Assembly: GCA_963751345.1 (NCBI GenBank)
Contig: CAVVUS010000038.1
Coordinates: 1 to 64,000, forward strand
Origin: an uncultured Chloroflexia bacterium
Lineage (GTDB): Bacteria; Chloroflexota; Anaerolineae; B4-G1; SLSP01
Length of the DNA: 64,000 bases
Direction of reading: 5' to 3'
A program made the position numbers and the translations under genes. The notes beneath the pieces were generated by a model. It made no database searches. It was not told the DNA's origin and saw only the letters and a list, made by a program, of their open reading frames with translations. This document shows, piece after piece, positions 1-9,251 of this stretch; position 1 is the stretch's first letter, and each line of letters begins with the position of its first letter.

Positions 1-1636
1 CCAATATGGGAGAGGGAGTAGAATAGGAGCGTCACCTGATCCAGCCGGACATGAAGTCCAGGAGCCACGGATGGGGAAGCCAGTGAGATTCGGAGAGCTC
101 CTCGCCCCTGTGCGGCAGGCACTCGAACGCTTGCCGGAACATCGACGTGGACAGAACATCCACTACAGCCTCACGGAAGCCGGGCTGAGTGCTTTTGCGG
201 TGTTCTACATGCAATCGCCCTTGTTTTTGGCGCACCAGCGGGATATGCAGCGCCAACGGGGGCGGAACAATGTGCAGAGTTTGTTTGGAGTCGCGCAGAT
301 CCCTAGTGATAGTCAGCTGCGGAATCTGCTCGATCCGGTGGATGCGGCAGGGCTCCAGACACCCTTCTGGGAGATCTATGCGCAGCTGCAAGCTGCGGGA
401 CACTTGGACGCCTACACCGGCGTGGGGGGCACCCGCCTGATCTCACTGGACGGGTCACAATACTTCAGTTCGGAGAAAGTGCAGTGCCCGAAGTGTCGGG
501 TGACCTTGCGGGAGGAACAGCCGCACTACTCCCACGGGGTACTGTTGGCGGTGGTGGGGGCCCCCGAGCAAGCAGCCGTGATCTGCTTAGCGCCGGAGTT
601 CATCACCCCGCAAGATGGGCACGACAAGCAGGATTGTGAACAGCAAGCGATCAAACGCTGGCTTAAGCGGAACGCGGTGCGGTTTGCCCCTGAGAGCGTG
701 ACCATTCTGACGGATGATCTGCATTGTCACTATCCGTTGTGTACGTTGCTGGCGCAGCATCACATGCACTTCATTCTCACCTGCAAAGAAGCCTCACACC
801 CCGCGCTGTACGAGGAAGTGCACTTACTCGAGCCGGTGGCCGGCGCCATTACCACGCAGGTGGTAGAAAACGGCACGGACGACGCCGCGAACGCTGGATC
901 TACCGCTGGGTGGAGCAAGTCCCGCTGCGGGGAGATCTGGAAACGGTGATGGTCAACTGGTGTGAGCTGACCATCTGCGATGGCGCAACCGACCAACAAG
1001 TCTATCACTGTGCCTGGGCGACGGATCATCCGGTGACGGCAGAGACCGTCCCGGAGATTGTGGCCAGTGGGCGGAGCCGCTGGAAAGTCGAGAATGAAGG
1101 GTCGAATGTGCTCAGAACCAAGGATACCGTTCGACATAACTACGGGCCATGGACAGCAACATCTGAGCAGTGTCTTGCTGACCTTGTTGCTGCTGGCCTT
1201 TCTCTGCCACACGGCCCTGGGACTCAGCTGCAAGACCTATCAAGCCGTACGACGCGAACTGGGCGCCCGGCGCACGTTCTTCAACGACTTACGGGCGCTC
1301 ACGCGCTACGTTTACTTCTCCGATTGGCAATGCTTACTCACGTTCATGTATCAGCAGTTGGACTTGCCGCCAGAAGGGCTTCCGAATCAATGCGAAGCGG
1401 ACTCGCTGACGTTGCCACACGTTTCTTAGGTGCGGCACTGTGTGCTGGGCACGTCGCCGGCTATGGGCGGTCGTCCTGAGCCATCCGGCGCTGACCGGCT
1501 ACCTTACCGTTCCCTGTCAGACCTCGCCCTACTCTGTTCAGTTCCGGCCGGACACCTTTAGAGACCCGCTTTTGCGTTCCCCAGCGCCTGCTACGTGTCT
1601 CACCGTTTACATTCGGGCTAATATTTGGAATTGCTG
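1..1636 (+). mobile_element. Insertion sequence, ISNCY/ISAs1-like; left end cut by the window edge
   Basis: Contains a DDE-type transposase. Right end ATATTTGGAATTGCTG (1621-1636, reverse complement CAGCAATTCCAAATAT) resembles the window start CCAATAT, consistent with a truncated left inverted repeat. Confidence 0.7.
71..1429 (+). CDS. Transposase (ISNCY/ISAs1-like DDE), two frameshifts at about 870 and 1130
   Basis: Joins ORFs 71..949, 724..1479 (middle) and 1058..1429. Motifs LDGSQYFSS, DGHDKQDCE, GRSRWKVENE, HNYGHG..HL, GARRTFF. Confidence 0.85.
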
Positions 1637-1695
1637 CAGATGCCGCCTCGCGCATGTCAGGCCCTGGGCTATAATGACAGCGCTACTGTGATAAG

Positions 1696-2691
1696 ATGCG
1701 AAGGATGTGGAAGATGGGTGAAATGGTTGTGTTTTGTGATCCTGAAACGCTGCAGTCCGACTACCTGGCCGAATTCCTAACGAAACGGCGTGTACCCCAG
1801 AACCTGTTCTACCAACTTGATGGCGCTAGCACGTTCTACACTTACCGAAACACCGATCTAGCCCAAATCGCGTGGCAGGACGAGTTCGACTTCTTCAGAC
1901 GGCAGCCGTTTTGGAGCAGGGGCCGGGCGTACGCGTTCGTGAGTCTCGGCTGTGGAAACGCCGGAGCTGAGAAGATGCTGCTGCGGCGAATGCACGACGA
2001 GGGATACGAGATCGCCTACGTCGGCGTGGATTCGTCCGAATCGATGCTAGGGTTGGCGACGGACAACCTCGAGAATGAGGGCTTCGCCCAGACCTACGTG
2101 CTAGCAGATTTTGCTCGCAGGGATTTCTCGACGAGCCTGTGGGACCTCGTTGGCGACTACGATACCCGAATCTACGCGATGATCGGTGGCACCTTCGGGA
2201 ACTTTGATCAGACGTTCGTGGCCGATCTTCTTGCCGATCTTGTGCCTGATGGAGACTACTTCTATCTCGACGTCGTCCCTTCGTATGCGACAGAGGAGCA
2301 GAACGAGCGACTCCGTGCGCGTCTGTCGCGGCTGCCTGAGAATCTCTCGAGTTTCTTTGCCAGCCTGCTTGGAATGTTGGGCCTCTCGATGTCGCAGGGG
2401 CGCGTGGTGACCGTGGAGCGTGGCGACGGCGACCTGAACACGATTCGCTATACTTTCTACTTCGAGCCTACCGCGGCGATCAGAGTGTCGTGTCTGGGCA
2501 GTGAGACCGACCTCGAGGCCGGCGAGCGGATCGAGCTGCTCAGCATCCGTGCGTATGACGTGGATTCCTTGAGCAGGTTCCTCGGAGGCCGTGGATTTCG
2601 ATTGGTCGATACCTACATCCCCAATGTCGGCAATCTCAGCCATCTGTGGCAGAGGCTGCTCTTCGTAAAGGGTCGATCACCATCGGAATAG
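1696..2691 (+). CDS. EgtD-like SAM-dependent methyltransferase (Methyltransf_33 family)
   Basis: VPQNLFY..DG resembles EgtD LPPKWFYD..G; SAM motif SLGCGNA; VDSS; GGTFGNF; GDYFYLDV. True start may be 1714. TATAAT at 1670. Confidence 0.7.
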   Translation: MRRMWKMGEMVVFCDPETLQSDYLAEFLTKRRVPQNLFYQLDGASTFYTYRNTDLAQIAWQDEFDFFRRQPFWSRGRAYAFVSLGCGNAGAEKMLLRRMHDEGYEIAYVGVDSSESMLGLATDNLENEGFAQTYVLADFARRDFSTSLWDLVGDYDTRIYAMIGGTFGNFDQTFVADLLADLVPDGDYFYLDVVPSYATEEQNERLRARLSRLPENLSSFFASLLGMLGLSMSQGRVVTVERGDGDLNTIRYTFYFEPTAAIRVSCLGSETDLEAGERIELLSIRAYDVDSLSRFLGGRGFRLVDTYIPNVGNLSHLWQRLLFVKGRSPSE

Positions 2692-2792
2692 ACGTCACAT
2701 CCCCGTACGTGCGGGTCTCGCGCTCACCGTAGTGGCTTCCCCTGGGGCATGGCTGCCCCATTGTCCGCATTGGCTGAGGAGGCGAGGACGAC

Positions 2793-3692
2793 ATGCAGAT
2801 CACGAAGGCGGTTATCACGGCGGCCGGCAGAGACCAGCGCAGCCTGCCACTGCAGACGCTCATCGATCGGGACGGAACCGAGAGGTCGGTCCTAGGTATT
2901 CTCGTCGAGGAGGCGTTGAGCGCGGGTGTGGAACAGGTCGCGGTGGTCGTCACACCCGGAGATGAGGACAGGTACGCAGAAGTCATCGGCGATCGCCGCG
3001 GGTATGTGCGATTCGTTGTTCAAGAGCGGCCGCTGGGATACGGCCACGCCGTCTTCTGTGCACGCGACTTTGTCGAGGGCGACCCATTCCTGCATCTCGT
3101 GGGAGATCATCTCTACGTGAGCGGCGACCGGCGTACGTGTGCGCAGCAACTGGTGGCCGTGGCCCAGGTTGAGGCGTGCGCCGTATCGGCGGTCCAGGCC
3201 ACGCGGGAGACGCTGCTACCGTACTACGGCACGGTTGGTGGAAAGCGGGTGCCCGGGCGAACCGACCTTTACCAGATCGACACCGTCGCCGAGAAGCCTA
3301 CCCCGACCGAAGCGGAGATTGACCTCATCGTGCCCGGCCTGCGAGCCGGACACTATCTCTGTTTCTTCGGGATGCACGTGTTGACGCCGGCCGTGATGGA
3401 CATCCTCGCCGACCTCGTCAAGCGCGCGCACGATGCGACCGGCGCTGCAGCCCGGCGGGGTGTGTCGCTCTCCGAGGCGCTTGCGGCGCTCGCTACACGG
3501 GAGAAATACCTGGCGCTTGAGGAGCGTGCGCAGCGCTACGACGTCGGGGTCAAGTATGGGCTGCTGACGGCGCAGGTCGCGCTGGCCCTCAGTGGCGACG
3601 ACCGGGATGAGGTGTTGACCAGGCTTCTGGAACTGCTGACGGCGCGCGAGCTGGGCCGTGGGGCTGGCGACCGCGCTGCCTCCGAGGACTAG
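2793..3692 (+). CDS. GalU-like sugar-phosphate nucleotidyltransferase (NTP_transferase family)
   Basis: [31 protein letters not shown]. The GxGTR..K motif is degenerate. SD GAGG upstream. Confidence 0.75.
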   Translation: MQITKAVITAAGRDQRSLPLQTLIDRDGTERSVLGILVEEALSAGVEQVAVVVTPGDEDRYAEVIGDRRGYVRFVVQERPLGYGHAVFCARDFVEGDPFLHLVGDHLYVSGDRRTCAQQLVAVAQVEACAVSAVQATRETLLPYYGTVGGKRVPGRTDLYQIDTVAEKPTPTEAEIDLIVPGLRAGHYLCFFGMHVLTPAVMDILADLVKRAHDATGAAARRGVSLSEALAALATREKYLALEERAQRYDVGVKYGLLTAQVALALSGDDRDEVLTRLLELLTARELGRGAGDRAASED

Positions 3693-3694
3693 AG

Positions 3695-6600
3695 ATGGCA
3701 AGCCTGTTGGTAGACACCATTACATCGAGCGATCCCTCTATCCGCAACCGTCCGCTGGATGAGCTGTGCAGTGGGCTGAGCCTCCAGCAACTCCTGGCAG
3801 AGTGCGCTGCCCTGGAGGAGTTTCGGCACCGGAGTGGCAACCTATACGAGCGCGTGCGTGCGCTCTTCTTTCTCTATGCTGTCCATCGTTTCCACGTGCC
3901 GGGGGCGAGCGGGGGTGCATTCCCGTGGACTGATTCCCTACCATGGCTACGAGCATCTCCTGGAACGGCGGTTCGAAGAGGCGATCAACGTATTTCTCGA
4001 AGCTCAGGCACGGGGCGTGGTCAGCGAGGCAACATCCAGTGCATTGGCCGAGGCCTATCACCGTCTGGGGTTTCAAACGTTGGCCGATCAGGTACGGCGC
4101 AGCGTCAGGTCCGTCCGCGGAAATCAGTGGATGTTCAGAGTGGGGCACCCGTCAGACCAGCCGCTTCGCATCCGGCAGGAGATGCTGACGCGGACACCGG
4201 GTGGGCTCTATCCTGTTCTTCACGAGGCCACGCCCGTGAGGATGGATCTGAGCCACAGTGGGTGGAGTGACATCTTCTTCCTGGGGATGGACTACCCGGA
4301 GGGGGCGAGGGTGCTCAACGTCTCCATCGATCTGGCCGTCCGAGGGCGGGATTCGCGTCCCCAGCCGCCGGTGGAGGCCTTCGTGCGAGTGATCGATGCC
4401 CCGGTGCTCCGTTTCACGAGCGTGGATCTGGGTGCCACCGCCGAAGTCCGCGATCTGGCAGAGGTCTTCGACTACGCACGCGACTACCTGGGGCTGCTCA
4501 AGGGAGCCGTGATCGCGGCCGGCATCGTGCCGCCGGGCATGGAGGGGTCGGGCGAGCAGCTGTCCGACCTGTTATCCCGGTTGGTCGGGCCCGGACTCGG
4601 GCTCGAGGTCGTGAGCAAGGTCAACGGTATACCGAAGGGCTCGCGCCTGGCAGTCTCCACCAGTCTGCTGGCGTGTCTGATTGCGGCGTGCATGCGGGCG
4701 ACGGGGCAGACCACGTCGCTCGTGGGTGTTCTGCAGGAGACCGAGCGGCGCCTGGTGGCCGCCCGCGCGATCTTAGGGGAATGGTTGGCCGGGTCCGGCG
4801 GCGGCTGGCAGGACAGCGGCGGGGTATGGCCCGGGATCAAGCTGATCACGGGCGAGCTGTCGGGGCCAGGCGACCCCGAATATGGCGTGAGCCGCGGGCG
4901 CCTTCTGCCCGGTCACCAGATCCTCGGTCCCGACCAGGTCGGCCCGGAGGCCCGGCGCCGGCTCCAGGACAGCCTGGTCCTCGTCCACGGCGGCATGGCC
5001 CAGGACGTCGGACCGATCCTGGAGATGGTGACGGAGAAGTACCTGCTTCGATCGGAGCCCGAATGGTCGGGTCGCGCGGAGGCGATGGTCATCTTCGATG
5101 AGATCCTCTCACTGCTTCGCGGCGGGGACGTGAAGGACATTGGACGTGCAACGACCCGCAACTTCTTCGGTCCTATCGAGACCATTATCCCGTGGGCCAA
5201 CAACCTCTACACGGTGTCGCTGATCGATCGCGTCCGCGCGTCATTTGGCGACGATTTCTGGGGATTCTGGATGCTCGGCGGGATGTCCGGCGGTGGGATG
5301 GGCTTTATCTTCGACCCGTCGCGGAAGGCCGAGGCCCAGACGGAGCTGCTGGCGACGATGCTGGCGACCAAACAGGAGCTCTCAAACGCGCTTCCATTTG
5401 CGATGGACCCCGTCGTCTACGATTTCTCGATCAACCAGAGGGGCACGTACGCCGAGCTTCTGGACGAGGATGTAGGGCCGATTTCGACCACAGAGGACGA
5501 CGCGGCTATGATGCCGCCCGGTTACTACACCTTGGTCGTTCCCGAACTGCTGCGCCGCAGTCGCCACGAGCTGTCGCCCGTAAGGCGAGCCGAGCTCGAC
5601 GCGTTCGGCGTGATGTGCCGCTCTGCACCGCAACTCTCGGGCATGGTTCAGACGCTCTTTGACCAGTTGATGCCTCGCTCGGATCGCGAATCGGCAGGTG
5701 CTCAGACGCTGGACAGCCTGCTGTCGGAGTTAGGATTCGATCGCATTCAGCACGAGCAGATCCGCTCGGATCTCCGGAGTGGACGTATTGGCCTTGCGCA
5801 GAACCGCCTGTCCCTCACGACTGAGATCCGTGATGTGGAGGATGGCGATGTGCTATCGCTTGATACGTCACCGGCACAGAACCCGGGCTCAGCTCGGTCG
5901 GCGGAGTTCGTGGGGCTGGGAATGGAAGCCTTGCGCGAGGGTCGCGTCGCGGTAGTCTCGCTGGCTGCCGGTGTTGGAAGCCGCTGGACGCATGGCGCGG
6001 GGGTGGTCAAGGCACTTCATCCGTTCTGCAAGCTCGACGGCGTGCATCGCTCTTTCATCGAGGTCCATCTGGCCAAGAGTCGCCGCGTGAGCCGGATCGC
6101 GGGCACACCGATCCCCCACGTGATCACGACGAGTTATCTCACGCACGAACCGATTCGGAGCTATTTGCACGAGCGCGGAAACTACGGCTACGAGGGCCCC
6201 TTGGCCCTGTCGCTGGGCCGGACCGTGGGGCTGCGGCTGATCCCGATGGCGCGAGACCTGCGTTTTGCCTGGGAAGAGATGCCCCAGCAGCTCCTTGACG
6301 AGCAGGCCCAGAAGGTCCTCGAGAGTCTCCACACGGCCCTGATCGGGTGGGCGCAGCAGATGGGAGAGAGCGTGGACTACCGGGACAACGTGCCGATGCA
6401 GTGCCTGCATCCGGTGGGACACTGGTTCGAGATTCCGAATCTGTTGAAGAACGGCATCTTGGCGCGGATGCTGGAGGAACGGCCGCAGCTCCAGGTGCTG
6501 ATGATGCACAACATCGACACCGTTGGCGCCGACGTCTCCCCCCTGATGCTCGGAGCGCATCTGGCGTCGGGAGCTACGATGACCGTGGAGGTCATCACGC

Positions 6601-7070
6601 GGCGTGTCGAGGACCGGGGCGGTGGGCTGGCGCGGGTCGACGGATCGCTTCGGCTCGTCGAGGGGATGGCGCTGCCCCGTGAGGAGGATGAATTCGCGCT
6701 TTCCTACTACAACTCGAACACGATGTGGATCGATATCGACAGGCTTCTCGACATCTTCGGGCTCACGAGGCCCGAGTTACAGGATGCACGGAAGGTGGCC
6801 GACGCCATCCGCGTGCTGGCGACGCGCATGCCCACCTACGTCACACTTAAGGACGTCAAGAAGCGGTGGGGCCACGGGCAGGAAGATATCTATCCGGTTG
6901 CCCAGTTCGAGAAGCTCTGGGGAGACATGACGGGCCTTCCCGAGATGGACTGCCGCTACGTCTCCGTGCCTCGTGTTCGCGGCCAGCAGTTGAAGGAGCA
7001 GGCACAACTCGACGGCTGGCTCCGCGATGGCTCGGCGGACTACGTCGCGTCGCTCTGCGAGTGGGAGTAA
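3695..7070 (+). CDS. GHMP sugar kinase fused to a UDPGP-type UDP-sugar pyrophosphorylase, about 1120 aa, frameshift near 3905
   Basis: N-terminus from ORF 3695 joins ORF 3834..7070 near a G run. Kinase motifs PVRMDL..GWSD, IPKGSRLAVS, GGGWQD, GGMSGGG. Pyrophosphorylase motifs LAAGVGSRW..K, PVGH, NIDT, QFEK, QLK. Confidence 0.75.
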
Positions 7071-7090
7071 CCGCAGCGCGAGGTTGGCCA

Positions 7091-7119
7091 TTCCGGGCGG
7101 ATCACAGATCCGCCCGGAA
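7091..7119. terminator. Probable bidirectional terminator hairpin
   Basis: TTCCGGGCGGATC-ACA-GATCCGCCCGGAA, perfect 13-bp stem between convergent genes. Confidence 0.6.
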
Positions 7120-7161
7120 CCGAAGACCGGCGACGAGCCTATCCGTGGGTGCGAGCAGGCG

Positions 7162-7548
7162 TCAGGTGTCCCTACGGATCAGTCCTCGTGCGAGATAGAC
7201 CTCGGCAGCCTCAGCCACCAGGTCCGCCGTGAGCGGCGCGTCCAGGTCGTTGCGGAGGCGCTCGGAGAGGCTCACGAGCTCCCCATAGGAGGTCCTCCCC
7301 GGTCTCAGGCTGGCGTAGATATCGAGGACTTCCTGGTTGGACACGCCCGTCAATTCAGCCGCACGGCGAAAGTTGAGGCCGACCTCGGTGTAGCCGGCCG
7401 CCTCTGCCGCTGCGGCCTGCAGGCGAAGGGTCTCCGCACTGATGCGGAAGTCCTCGGCCGTCAGGCGCTGTTCCAAGATGGCCTCCATTGTCAGCTCATC
7501 CAGTCTGCGACCACTCTGCGTGCGCAGATCCTCCGGCGCATCGGGCAT
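7162..7548 (-). CDS. pduE: B12-dependent diol/glycerol dehydratase small (gamma) subunit
   Basis: T.SGRRLDELT, EDFRISAETLRLQA, NFRRAAELT, LRPGR, EAAEVY..RG. Confidence 0.9.
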   Translation of the reverse strand: MPDAPEDLRTQSGRRLDELTMEAILEQRLTAEDFRISAETLRLQAAAAEAAGYTEVGLNFRRAAELTGVSNQEVLDIYASLRPGRTSYGELVSLSERLRNDLDAPLTADLVAEAAEVYLARGLIRRDT

Positions 7549-7557
7549 AGTGTCCTC

Positions 7558-9234
7558 CTACTCGTCGGTCCGGTTCTTGATCACGGCGCCGCGACTTGCC
7601 GACGCTGCCAGTTGAGCATAGAGCGCCAGATAGCCCCGCTTGATCTTCGGCTCCGGCCGGTGCCAGCGCCCGAGCCGAGCCGAGATTTCCGCGTCGGACA
7701 CGTCGAGATGCAGGCCACGGTTGGGCACGTCGATCGTGATCGTGTCACCGTCCTCCACAATGGCGAGCGGCCCCCCTTCGGCGGCCTCGGGCGAGACGTG
7801 GCCGACAAAGCAGCCGTTGTTGGTGCCCGAAAAGCGGCCGTCGGTGACCACAGCCGTGGTCAGTGCCAGGCCGCGACCATAGAGCAGCTTCATCGCCGTG
7901 TACATCTCGCGCATGCCGGGGCCGCCCTTGGGACCCTCGTAGCGAATGACGACGACCTCCCCCGGCCGGACTTCGCCCGCGAGGATCGCATCGTTCGCCT
8001 GCTCCTCGGAATCGAAGCAGCGTGCGCGTCCTGTGAAGGTGTGCATGTCCGGATGAATTGCCGCGGGCTTGGTGATCCCGGTGTCCGGCGCGAGATTGCC
8101 CTTCAAGACGGCGATGCCACCGCCGGCGCTCCAAGGATCCGTCCGGGGCCGGATGACCTCGCCGTCGGGATCGGCGGCGCCGGCGACGTTCTCCGCCATC
8201 GTCTTCCCGTTCACGGTGAGCACATCTCCGTTCAACAGGGGCAGCAACTGCTTCATCACCGCAGGCACGCCCCCCGCACTGTGGAAATCGGGGACATTCG
8301 GCGCGGCTGCGGGAAAGATCCTGGCGATGTGAGGGGTGGAGCGACAGAGCTCCTCAAAGCGATCCATCGTGATCTCACACTCCGCCTCGTAGGCGATGGC
8401 CGGGAAGTGTAGGGCCACATTGGTCGAGCCCCCGATCGCGGTGCTGAGCCGAATGGCGTTCTCAATGGCTGCCGGCGTGAGGATATCGCGCGCCGTGATG
8501 CCCTGTTTCACCAAATCGACGATCTGCCTGCCAGCCGCCTGGGCCGATCGGAGGCGCGCGGCGTGGGTGGCCGGTATGGTGCTGCTGCCCGGCAAGCACA
8601 TACCCAGTGCCTCCGCAACGGCACACATTGTGTTGGCCGTGCCGAGGAACGCGCAGGAGCCGCAGGTTGGCGTGGCGCAGTCCTCTAGTTTGAGGTAGGT
8701 CTCCTCATCGATCTTGCCGCTGGCGAGCATCCCGAGTCCCTCGGTCAACGACGTCGTGTCAGCGGCGCGTTCGTCAAACTCGCAGCCGCCTTCCATCGGC
8801 CCGCCGACCACGATGATGGCCGGCACGTCGAGACGCGCGGCGGCCATCAGCATGCCCGGCACGATCTTGTCGCAGGAGCAGAGCAGCACCACAGCGTCTA
8901 GCCTGTGCGCCTGGATCATCATCTCCACGTCATTGGCGATGAGGTCCCGGCTGGGGAGGATGTAGTGCATGCCGGCATGCCCTTGGGCGATGCCATCGCA
9001 CGGTGCCATCACCCCGAACTCGACCGGCGTCCCGCCAGCCTGGCTGATGCCTTGTTTGACGTAGTCCGACACAAGGTCGAGGTTGTAGTGGCCGGGCACG
9101 ACCCGGTTCCACGAGTTGGCCACGCCGATCATAGGCCTTTCGAGGTCGTAATCGCTATAGCCCATGGATTTCCAGAGGGCACGGTGCATCGACCACTCGG
9201 GCCGTTTGAGGATGTCCTTGCTGCGCCAGGTCAT
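7558..9234 (-). CDS. ilvD: IlvD/Edd-family dihydroxy-acid dehydratase
   Basis: VPGH, PCDG, CDKIVPG, CGSC..GTANTM, GGSTN, YEGPKGGPGMREM, TDGRFSG, GHVSPEAA. 558 aa. Confidence 0.9.
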   Translation of the reverse strand: MTWRSKDILKRPEWSMHRALWKSMGYSDYDLERPMIGVANSWNRVVPGHYNLDLVSDYVKQGISQAGGTPVEFGVMAPCDGIAQGHAGMHYILPSRDLIANDVEMMIQAHRLDAVVLLCSCDKIVPGMLMAAARLDVPAIIVVGGPMEGGCEFDERAADTTSLTEGLGMLASGKIDEETYLKLEDCATPTCGSCAFLGTANTMCAVAEALGMCLPGSSTIPATHAARLRSAQAAGRQIVDLVKQGITARDILTPAAIENAIRLSTAIGGSTNVALHFPAIAYEAECEITMDRFEELCRSTPHIARIFPAAAPNVPDFHSAGGVPAVMKQLLPLLNGDVLTVNGKTMAENVAGAADPDGEVIRPRTDPWSAGGGIAVLKGNLAPDTGITKPAAIHPDMHTFTGRARCFDSEEQANDAILAGEVRPGEVVVIRYEGPKGGPGMREMYTAMKLLYGRGLALTTAVVTDGRFSGTNNGCFVGHVSPEAAEGGPLAIVEDGDTITIDVPNRGLHLDVSDAEISARLGRWHRPEPKIKRGYLALYAQLAASASRGAVIKNRTDE

Positions 9235-9251
9235 GGGTTTCTCCTATATGT

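Noticed and set aside
7027-8412. 461-aa plus-strand ORF, and similar long ORFs at 21544..23010, 35505..36452, 39547..40773 and 47707..48822
   Set aside because: Antisense or off-frame shadows of well-supported genes in high-GC DNA, with no recognisable motifs.
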